Below, piece after piece: positions 56,791-64,000 of a stretch of DNA of 64,000 nt. Source of the stretch: Chromatiaceae bacterium (GTDB lineage: Bacteria; Pseudomonadota; Gammaproteobacteria; Chromatiales; Chromatiaceae). The stretch covers positions 150,563-214,562 of the forward strand of contig JACKMU010000008.1 in the NCBI GenBank assembly GCA_024235215.1, read 5' to 3'. A program made the translations under genes and the position numbers. Every line of letters starts with the position of its first letter. The stretch's first letter is position 1. The notes beneath the pieces are model-generated. The model was not told the DNA's origin. It was given only the letters and a program-made list of their open reading frames with translations, and ran no database searches.

Positions 56791-58293
56791 TCAGCCGTAC
56801 CATCCCTGCAGCATGCGCAGACAGCACCGGTTGATCTCCTGCGCTCGCTCCTGCGACGCTGCCTCAGTATAGCAGCGCAACTCCGGTGCGTTGCCGGATG
56901 GGCGCAGATGTACCACCTCTTCCGACAGGAAGGTGATGCGCAAACCGTCCATGGTATCGACGCTGCTGACCCCGCCAAACTTATCCGCGAACACCTCCTC
57001 AACCAGTGCTCTCTGTCTCTCCGGATCGTCGCTGATCATCGCATCGATGCGGGCACGGCTGATATCGGTGGGAAAATCCTTGAGTCGATTGCTGCAGGTG
57101 TAACGCTGCGGCAGCAGCTTGGTCAACTGCGCAACGGAGCACTGTTGCTGCCGAGCCAGCAGCAGCACCGCAAGAATCACCACTACAGCGTCCCGCGTCG
57201 GCAGAGGGGACAACGGAGTGGCGACGCTGCCTATCGAATCCGCCAGCAGAAAACCGCCATTAGCTTCATAACCGGCGACCTTGCTGCAGCCTGCCGAGTG
57301 CAGCTGTTGCATCGCGTCGATGACGTAGGGAGAGCCGATACGGGTGCGTTCCACCCGGTCGAACCAGCCGCAGCGCTCCACCAGGCTGTTGCTGCTGACC
57401 GGGGTGACCAGGTGGTGAATTCCCAGATAACGCGCGCAGAGTACCCCGACCAGATCACCTCGCAACCACTCGCCGTTTTCGTCGCCTATCAACGGCCGGT
57501 CGCCATCACCGTCGGTCGATACCAGCGCATCCAGCTTAAACTCCTTCGCCCATCGCCGCGCCAAAGCCACGTCTTCTGCGCGGACAGCTTCGGTATCCAC
57601 TGGTACAAACACCTCTGAACGGCCGAGGTGCACCAGTTCCGCCCCGAGGGCATCGAGAATCTCCGCCAACAAGCCTCTCGCCACCGAGGAGTGCTCGTAC
57701 AGCCCGACGCGCAGTCCCCGCAAGCAAGCCTGTGGAAAAAAGTCCAGATAGCGTCGACGATACGCGTTACCCCCCTGATCCGTTTCCACGGGCAGTCGTG
57801 GTGCGACCCGATACATTCCGTTGCTGCCGAACAGGCCTGTTGGAATCCTTACCTGCTGCACCCGGATACCAGCTTCATCCGCTTTCAGAATCTCCCCTTC
57901 CGGTTGGTAAAACTTGATGCCGTTACGATCATCAGGAATGTGGCTACCGGTCACCATCAGCGCGGGACACCGGCGCTGCAGCGCAAACAGCGCCAACGCC
58001 GGAGTAGGCACAGATCCCAGATTCACCGGTACGCCCCCCAGATCCCTGATCGCACCGGCCGCAGCCGCCATGATCCTGGGTGTGCTGGGGCGCAGATCCC
58101 CAGCAATCGGAACCTCGCTGCCAGGGGTGTAGTCACCTTTTGATGCGAGATAGCCGAGAAATCCGCTGGTATAGGCGTAACAGACACGATCGGTCATCGC
58201 CTTGGCCAAGCCGCGCGCACCGCTGGTTCCGAACTGGACACCGCACTGCCGCATGAGCACATCTATGGTTACTGCTTCACCCGCTGTTGGCAT
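56791..58293 (-). CDS. phosphomannomutase/phosphoglucomutase-family protein
   Basis: FGTSGARG near the N-terminus, active-site loop VTGSHIPDDRNGIKF, and metal loop VSTDGDGDRPL. The start is uncertain (ATG 58293 or 58254; the track start is 58392). Confidence 0.8.
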   Translation of the reverse strand: MPTAGEAVTIDVLMRQCGVQFGTSGARGLAKAMTDRVCYAYTSGFLGYLASKGDYTPGSEVPIAGDLRPSTPRIMAAAAGAIRDLGGVPVNLGSVPTPALALFALQRRCPALMVTGSHIPDDRNGIKFYQPEGEILKADEAGIRVQQVRIPTGLFGSNGMYRVAPRLPVETDQGGNAYRRRYLDFFPQACLRGLRVGLYEHSSVARGLLAEILDALGAELVHLGRSEVFVPVDTEAVRAEDVALARRWAKEFKLDALVSTDGDGDRPLIGDENGEWLRGDLVGVLCARYLGIHHLVTPVSSNSLVERCGWFDRVERTRIGSPYVIDAMQQLHSAGCSKVAGYEANGGFLLADSIGSVATPLSPLPTRDAVVVILAVLLLARQQQCSVAQLTKLLPQRYTCSNRLKDFPTDISRARIDAMISDDPERQRALVEEVFADKFGGVSSVDTMDGLRITFLSEEVVHLRPSGNAPELRCYTEAASQERAQEINRCCLRMLQGWYG

Positions 58294-58942
58294 ACCGTTG
58301 CAGCTCCTCTGCATCCTCTCTGGAAAGATAGCGCCACGGGCGCGGCAGCAGACCTGGCACCCGCTCACGATAGCGGCAATAGACGTCGCCATGATAGATG
58401 ATCAGCTTGTACTCCTCCAGTCTCGAACCAAGCCAGAAATAGAGCGTAGCCAGGAGGGCGGTTACCAGCAACGCCGGAGTCATGTCACGGCTCCAGATAA
58501 ACACCAGTGCCAGCAGATACCAGGGGTGGCGGACGAAGCGGTGCAGTGGCGAGAGGTGGAAACGCTCCTGATCCTCCACCACGACAAAGCGTTTGCGCCA
58601 TTGTTTTAACCCAATGAACTCACTGCTGTCGTAGTAGCGCGACGTCCAATAGAAGAGTGCGACGGAGATCAGCGCCAGTCCATCGGTAAACCAGCCAATG
58701 GTATCGCTCCAGCGCCACAACCAGGGACCCTTCAATTGAAAGGTGAAATAGATCGGCGGGGCCAGCAGCAACAAAGCGCCGAGGTTGAACAGGAGTCGGT
58801 ACACGGGCATCACTCCGGGCCAATGTGCGGCTATCAGCCGCTTCACCCGGAGCGAGGCGAGTAGTGAGTGGATCAAAAAGTAGAAAAGCCAGGCCCCGAC
58901 CAACGCCAGGACCTGGCTGTTATACAACTCGGTAAGCGGCAA
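58277..58942 (-). CDS. membrane methyltransferase-family protein (ICMT/PEMT-like)
   Basis: 221-aa polytopic ORF with LHRFVRHPWYLLALVFIW, resembling the RHPxY motif of the isoprenylcysteine/phospholipid methyltransferase fold. Confidence 0.55.
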   Translation of the reverse strand: MPLTELYNSQVLALVGAWLFYFLIHSLLASLRVKRLIAAHWPGVMPVYRLLFNLGALLLLAPPIYFTFQLKGPWLWRWSDTIGWFTDGLALISVALFYWTSRYYDSSEFIGLKQWRKRFVVVEDQERFHLSPLHRFVRHPWYLLALVFIWSRDMTPALLVTALLATLYFWLGSRLEEYKLIIYHGDVYCRYRERVPGLLPRPWRYLSREDAEELQRYANSG

Positions 58943-58948
58943 ATTCTG

Positions 58949-59893
58949 TCAGCCCTGGAACTTCCCGTTTCCGACCCGCTCAGCCTCCATCATCTCCAGT
59001 TCACGCGAACCGGAGACCACGATTCTCGGATCGGGAACAAAATCCAGATCCGGATCGAGCCGCGTATAACGCACGGAGTTGAGAATCACCCGCATCGCAT
59101 TGAGTCTGGCCAGATGTTTGTCGTTGGAACGGATGATGGTCCAGGGTGCGTGCGTAGTATGGGTCTGCTTCAGCATCTCGTACTTGACGTTGGTGAAGTC
59201 CTCCCAGCGCTCCTGTGCCTGGACATCGACCTCGCTCAATTTCCACTGACGCAACGGATCTGTTTTACGCCGATTGAAGCGGCGTGCCTGCTCCTCTTTG
59301 GTTACGCTGAAATAGAGTTTGATCAGCACAGTTCCCTGACGTACCAGATCTTTCTCGAAGCCGCCCACACCACGCATGAAGTTCTGATACTCCATATCGG
59401 TGCAGAATCCGAATACCGGCTCCACCATCGCCCGGTTATACCAGCTGCGGTCAAACAACACGATCTCGCCGCCGCGCGGAAACTGGCGCACATATTTCTG
59501 AAAGAACCACTGGCTCCGCTCATGATCGGTCGGCTTGCCGAGCGCGACGACACGATAGTGTTTCTCGTTCATATAACGGGTGACACGGCGAATGGTGCCG
59601 CCCTTTCCGGCTGCATCACGACCCTCGAAGAGAATGATCATCCGGGTACGACTCGCCTCCAGATGCTGTTGCAACCGGATCAACTCTGCCTGGTAAGGTT
59701 TCAGCTCCTCCTCACTGCGATAACGGCGCATCGCTTTCTTTTCGTTCAACTTCCGCTTTTCCAATGCAGCTTTCAACCGCTGGTTATCGGCGAGCAGTGC
59801 CTTCACGTCCCAGTTCCCCTCCGCACGTTCAGGGGCACCCTCCGTAACGCTTGTTATGGAATCTACTTGGTCAGGGGTTTCTGCTGCTGTCAT
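58949..59893 (-). CDS. ppk2: polyphosphate kinase 2
   Basis: ILFEGRDAAGKGGTIRRV (Walker A), FQKYVRQFPRGGEIVLFDRSWYNRA, and a lid region. ATG 59893 was chosen. Confidence 0.9.
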   Translation of the reverse strand: MTAAETPDQVDSITSVTEGAPERAEGNWDVKALLADNQRLKAALEKRKLNEKKAMRRYRSEEELKPYQAELIRLQQHLEASRTRMIILFEGRDAAGKGGTIRRVTRYMNEKHYRVVALGKPTDHERSQWFFQKYVRQFPRGGEIVLFDRSWYNRAMVEPVFGFCTDMEYQNFMRGVGGFEKDLVRQGTVLIKLYFSVTKEEQARRFNRRKTDPLRQWKLSEVDVQAQERWEDFTNVKYEMLKQTHTTHAPWTIIRSNDKHLARLNAMRVILNSVRYTRLDPDLDFVPDPRIVVSGSRELEMMEAERVGNGKFQG

Positions 59894-60083
59894 GTCTCTG
59901 TTTCCTGTCAATTGGAGAATCAACCCCGGAACCGCAAATCCGGGAAAAAAGAAGCTTATAAGGTAATTTTTGAATATTACGCCGAGACCTGCATGAGTGC
60001 ATCACATTTCCCGACAAAAACCGCGAAAATTGAGCCATATCAAGCGCCACCGGCAGTCGTCGCCGTCGCCGCAATTCCCGGTC

Positions 60084-61838
60084 TCAATAACGGTATGCGG
60101 ACTCCACTGAACTGCGGGGCAACACGCCATAGATGCGATCGACTACCCGCTTTGCGGGTCGCTGTACGTAGAGCGCATCCACTGCATCCCGATCGAGTAT
60201 CTCCAACGCCTCCTGCAGATTGGCCTGTAGATCGATTGCCGCCACCTCCAGGCGTTGACCGGGGATCGCCATCAGATCGATCTCTGCGTCCGTGGGCCGA
60301 GGCTGTTCATCGTCCTGCAGATAGCGCACCAGATCCACCGCCGGCAGCAGCACCACCGGCGTCTGCTCACGACAGACCAGCAGCCATGCCGGTCGTCGCT
60401 CCAGCAGCTGGGCGGCAGCAGTCGGAGAGACCGTCTGGTCCGTCAGTGCAAAGCTACGCTGTACCACACTGGCGACGCCGATACGGCGCAGTGCCTGGGT
60501 CACCGGATCAGTCTTGTAATCCATACCGCTGGCTTTCAGCACAACGGTAAAAATGGACTCCTTGCCGAACAGTTCGCTGGCAGTCAGCCCGGCAATCACC
60601 ACCGCCAACATACCCGGCATAATCATCTGCGGTGCGTAGGTCAACTCGATCATAGCGGTCAGCGCTGCGAGGGGTGCCTGCAGACTTGCCCCCATCATTG
60701 CTCCCATTCCCAGCACCGCATAGAAGCCTGCATCGAGTTCGACGCCCGGTAACAGCCTACTGACGAACTGCGCAAACAGACTGCCCAACACCGCTCCCAT
60801 GAAGAGCGCCGGCCCGATCATGCCTCCGGGAATTCCCATACCAACGGAGACAGTAGTGGCCAGCAATTTGAACCCCAGCAGCAGCACCAGCATGGACCCA
60901 CCGATCTCACCCAGCAGGGCTGCGTTGACCGTATCGTAACCAATCCCCATCACCTCCGGCACCACGATCGCGATCAGGCCTACCGCGAGCCCGGCCACAC
61001 TGCAACGCCAGAGGAACGGCCATTTCCGCACCATTGGCGCCAGGCTCTGCAGCAGATGGATGAAGAGGGCCGCGAGCGCACCGGTAATCATACCGAGCAG
61101 CAACACCAGCGGTACCTCCCGAAAATTCATCAGATTGAGCTCAGGAATCAGGAATGCCGGAAGACTGCCAAGCACCAGCACCGAGACCACATTGGCACTG
61201 GCGGCTGCTAGCATGACCGGAATGAAACTCGCCAGCGTGTATTCCAGCATGATCACCTCGAGCGCGAAGATCACTCCCGCCAGCGGGGTATTGAAAGAGG
61301 CCGCGATAGCTCCAGCGGTGCCGCACCCGACCAGCGTGCGGATACAGTTGTTGGGCAGGTGCAGTTGCTGCCCAAGCAGGCTGCCCGAAGCTGCGCCTAG
61401 AAAGACATGCGGACCCTCGCGACCCACCGAGTGGCCGCTGATGATGGCGATGGCCGCTCCGAAAAACTGCAGAAAAAAGCCGCGCAATGTGAGATACCCT
61501 TGATGATAGGACATACGCTCCATCACCCGGGCGACGCCAAGCAGATTGATCCCTCCGGAATAGCGGTGAAAGATCCAACCGATCACCAGACCACCCAGCG
61601 TGGGTAACAATAACCGCTGCCAGAACGGCAGCATCTCATAGCTTTCCGAGCTGCCACCGGGCAGCAATCCCGCCTGGGTCCCTTCCACCACCAGGCGAAA
61701 GAGCACGATCACTGCACCGGCAAACACCCCGGTCAGCAGCCCAAGTAAAGCCAGTTGCAGCAGTGCATCGGGATGGGCCAGGCGAAGCCGTTGCCGTTCC
61801 AGTAGTTCCCGCAGATGGTCGGTCAAGTTTTCGCGCAA
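60084..61838 (-). CDS. ClC-family chloride channel/antiporter with C-terminal CBS pair
   Basis: 584-aa ORF with GHSVGREGP, GIPGGMIGP and GAMMGA selectivity motifs, plus a soluble C-terminal domain of about 140 aa. Confidence 0.85.
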   Translation of the reverse strand: MRENLTDHLRELLERQRLRLAHPDALLQLALLGLLTGVFAGAVIVLFRLVVEGTQAGLLPGGSSESYEMLPFWQRLLLPTLGGLVIGWIFHRYSGGINLLGVARVMERMSYHQGYLTLRGFFLQFFGAAIAIISGHSVGREGPHVFLGAASGSLLGQQLHLPNNCIRTLVGCGTAGAIAASFNTPLAGVIFALEVIMLEYTLASFIPVMLAAASANVVSVLVLGSLPAFLIPELNLMNFREVPLVLLLGMITGALAALFIHLLQSLAPMVRKWPFLWRCSVAGLAVGLIAIVVPEVMGIGYDTVNAALLGEIGGSMLVLLLGFKLLATTVSVGMGIPGGMIGPALFMGAVLGSLFAQFVSRLLPGVELDAGFYAVLGMGAMMGASLQAPLAALTAMIELTYAPQMIMPGMLAVVIAGLTASELFGKESIFTVVLKASGMDYKTDPVTQALRRIGVASVVQRSFALTDQTVSPTAAAQLLERRPAWLLVCREQTPVVLLPAVDLVRYLQDDEQPRPTDAEIDLMAIPGQRLEVAAIDLQANLQEALEILDRDAVDALYVQRPAKRVVDRIYGVLPRSSVESAYRY

Positions 61839-61930
61839 TGAAATCCCCTTCCTTTCACGACTTGTTGCAGCGCGGGAGACAGCGTTAACCTTGAATAGTA
61901 ACTCATCCGATAAGAGGCCGGTGAATCACA

Positions 61931-62638
61931 ATGAAGATCGACGACGAAAACAGCTACCATGAGGCGAACGAGTTGGAAGTGATGGCGGAAAAGCTGCCAC
62001 TGGCCGGTGCAACAGTGTTGGAACTGGGGTGTGGCGCGGCTTTCATGACGCGCAGACTGGCCACCGAACTGGGTTGCGCCAGAATCATTGCCACGGAGGT
62101 AGATCGGATTCAACACGAGAAAAACCTGCAGATCGAAGGGCTCGGCAATGTGGAATTCGTGCTGGGTGGCGCAGAAGCGATAGATCTTCCGCCAGCCAGT
62201 GTCGATCTGGTGGTCATGCTTAAATCTTTGCACCACGTCCCGACCGGGCTCATGGACCAAGCGCTGGCGGAGATCCACCGGGTGCTGGTTCCAGACGGAT
62301 TCGCCTACCTCTCCGAACCAGTTTATCGTGGCGACTTCAACGACATCATGCGCCTGTTTCACGACGAAAAGCAGGTGCGGGAAGCGGCGTTCGCCGCGAT
62401 CAGGCGTGCTGTGGCAGGAGGCGGTTTCACACTGGTTGAGCAAATATTTTTCAACGTTTCCGGTCACTTCCGCGATTTTGACGAGTTCGAGAACAGAATG
62501 CTGAAAGTGACCCACACCGAGCATCGTATAGACACCAACCTCCATCGGCAGATTCAAGCTGCATTCCAGCGGCATATGACCCCGCAAGGGGCGGATTTTC
62601 TAAAGCCGATGCGAGTGGATCTGCTACGCAAACGGTGA
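61931..62638 (+). CDS. class I SAM-dependent methyltransferase
   Basis: 235-aa ORF with motif I VLELGCGAAFMT and post-I/II ASVDLVVMLKSLHHV. Confidence 0.8.
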   Translation: MKIDDENSYHEANELEVMAEKLPLAGATVLELGCGAAFMTRRLATELGCARIIATEVDRIQHEKNLQIEGLGNVEFVLGGAEAIDLPPASVDLVVMLKSLHHVPTGLMDQALAEIHRVLVPDGFAYLSEPVYRGDFNDIMRLFHDEKQVREAAFAAIRRAVAGGGFTLVEQIFFNVSGHFRDFDEFENRMLKVTHTEHRIDTNLHRQIQAAFQRHMTPQGADFLKPMRVDLLRKR

Positions 62639-62735
62639 CACGGTAACGCTGATCAGTGGGGTTGATCCCGGTCAAGCAGACTATTCACTGCCAGAGAAAA
62701 TTCTGTTGATTCGGAATCACCTCCGGTGTTAAGAT

Positions 62736-62758
62736 CTAAATAGGAATCATTCTTATTG
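62736..62758. promoter_or_regulatory. weak candidate Fur box upstream of feoA
   Basis: CTAAATAGGAATCATTCTTATTG contains the AATCATT core. It matches about 11 of 19 positions of GATAATGATAATCATTATC by hand alignment. Confidence 0.3.
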
Positions 62759-62769
62759 ATATTTCACCT

Positions 62770-63033
62770 ATGAAGATCGACACCCTCTCTTCAATTACGC
62801 TTGATCAGCTCGCAGTCGGCCGGCAGGCGCTCATTTCGGAAATCAGGGGAGACCGCCAGATGGCGAGGCGGCTGATGAGCCTCGGCATCCGGGTAGGATC
62901 GGAGATTCAGGTGACGCAGCAACGGGATAGAGGGGTGGTCGTCGCTTGCGCTGGAAACCGGGTGGCGCTCGGCGGCAGCGTCGCCAGCAAACTATTTGCT
63001 CAACCACTCGTCCCGGCAGATACCGCGCAATAG
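62770..63033 (+). CDS. feoA: ferrous iron transport protein A
   Basis: 87-aa ORF with LDQLAVGRQALISEIRGDRQMARRLMSLGIRVGSEIQV (FeoA/SH3-like). Confidence 0.85.
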   Translation: MKIDTLSSITLDQLAVGRQALISEIRGDRQMARRLMSLGIRVGSEIQVTQQRDRGVVVACAGNRVALGGSVASKLFAQPLVPADTAQ

Positions 63034-63072
63034 CAGACGACGAGGCTGGGTATCCGGCCAGCGGAGCAGACC

Positions 63073-64000
63073 TTGCCCACAATTGCATTAGCTGGAAATC
63101 CCAACTGCGGCAAGTCCGCACTGTTTAATGCTTTCACCGGAATTCGCCAGAAAACCGGTAACTGGCCAGGCGTAACCGTCGACCGTAAAGAGGGCCACTT
63201 TCGCATTGAAGGCGAAGAGCAGAGCGTGATCGATCTGCCCGGTATCTATTCGCTCGATGCCTCCTCACTGGATGAGAAGATCACCCGCGACTATCTGCTC
63301 TCCCGTGATGCAAACCTGATCATCAATGTGATCGATGCGTCCAACCTGGAGCGCAACCTCTATTTCAGCGTCCAACTGCGGGAAATGGGGATCCCGATGG
63401 TGGTGGCGCTCAATATGATGGACGTGGCGCGCAAACGCGGCATCGAAGTGGATCTCGAGCGGCTTGCCAAACAGCTCGACTGCCCGGTGGTTCCCGTGGT
63501 TGCAGTAACCGGCGAGGGGCTGAATCAGCTCAAGCAGGAGATCCAACAGCTCCTTGCAACAGCGAAAATCTGCGACTTCCAGGTCACGCATGACACTACC
63601 GTAGAACTGGCGATAAGTGACATCATGCAGCGACTGGAGGGCGTGTCAGACCGAGCCAACCTGCGCTGGCTCTCGTTGAAACTGCTGGAAGGTGACAACC
63701 ATGCACTCCAACTGGCAGGCGCCGGGATACAGCCGCTGGTCGAGCAGTGGCAGCAGACTATCGCAGCACGCTCCGGCGAAGAGGCGGAGATTCACATCGC
63801 CGATGCGCGTTATGGACATGCGCATACGCTGGCGCAACACTGCACCCGTAAGGCGGGCAAACTGGATCACACGCTCTCCGACCGGATCGATCAGCTGGTG
63901 CTCAACCGTATCGCAGGTATCCCGATTTTTCTGGTTATCATGTACCTGATGTTCATGTTCACCATCAACGTCGGTGGCGCCTTCATCGATTTTTTCGATA
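63073..64000 (+). CDS. feoB: ferrous iron transporter B (N-terminal part, runs off window)
   Basis: Translation reads (L/M)PTIALAGNPNCGKSALFNAFTGIRQKTGNWPGVTVDRKEGHF...DLPGIYSL...VVALNMMD (G1-G4 motifs). TTG 63073 is a tentative start. Absent from the track because it is open at the edge. Confidence 0.85.
   Translation, partial: MPTIALAGNPNCGKSALFNAFTGIRQKTGNWPGVTVDRKEGHFRIEGEEQSVIDLPGIYSLDASSLDEKITRDYLLSRDANLIINVIDASNLERNLYFSVQLREMGIPMVVALNMMDVARKRGIEVDLERLAKQLDCPVVPVVAVTGEGLNQLKQEIQQLLATAKICDFQVTHDTTVELAISDIMQRLEGVSDRANLRWLSLKLLEGDNHALQLAGAGIQPLVEQWQQTIAARSGEEAEIHIADARYGHAHTLAQHCTRKAGKLDHTLSDRIDQLVLNRIAGIPIFLVIMYLMFMFTINVGGAFIDFFD

Noticed and set aside
58868-60550. A 560-aa plus-strand ORF, together with many other long antisense ORFs in the track (for example 536-1264, 12803-13612, 14533-15453, 29002-30096, 35428-36330, 36566-37348, 43225-44160).
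   Set aside because: Each lies opposite a gene with a clear family assignment and has Arg/Pro/Gly/His-rich low-information composition. This is the usual shadow-ORF effect in GC-rich DNA.
1-64000. A protein-based defence, toxin-antitoxin, secretion or biosynthetic system hidden among the ORFs.
   Set aside because: I read every ORF of 100 aa or more. Almost all map to housekeeping or common accessory families. I saw no nuclease/helicase/reverse transcriptase/ATPase clusters, integrases or transposases. The XRE regulator at 2735-3076 has no adjacent toxin-like partner.

Overview
This is a GC-rich chromosomal segment with Gammaproteobacteria-like gene order, densely packed with housekeeping genes on both strands. 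Main blocks: lgt-thyA-folA; an RND efflux pair; moaB-moeA-moaD-moaE; an HDOD-histidine kinase next to a REC-PAS-GGDEF-EAL regulator; and the E. coli-like block gcvH-ubiI-ubiH-pepP-ygfB next to zapB-like-zapA-ssrS(6S RNA)-ygfA. Also present are ilvA, rpiA, a livJHMGF-type ABC operon, a porin, tRNA-Gln, rplM-rpsI, coq7, crp, SPFH/NfeD, ttcA, a 1285-aa DUF3683 FAD/Fe-S oxidoreductase, ppk2, a ClC channel and feoAB. I found no recognisable defence island, prophage, CRISPR array, secretion system or biosynthetic cluster. The unusual content is non-coding and consists of three repeat families. (1) A ~680-bp array of near-identical 67-nt stem-loop units sits between moaD and moaE. (2) Tandem heptamer arrays with a CTAG core (RCTAGGT / ACCTAGY) occur in inverted pairs that bracket short spacers at two loci. 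At a third locus they bracket a four-helix-bundle (Avd / 23S-IVS protein family) gene between rpsI and tRNA-Gln. (3) A 168-bp MITE-like element is present in three letter-identical copies, each consistent with insertion into CTAG with TA duplication (IS630-like), always between convergent gene ends. All calls rest on reading the translations and the DNA by eye; no database search, covariance model or folding program was run, and start codons are best guesses.
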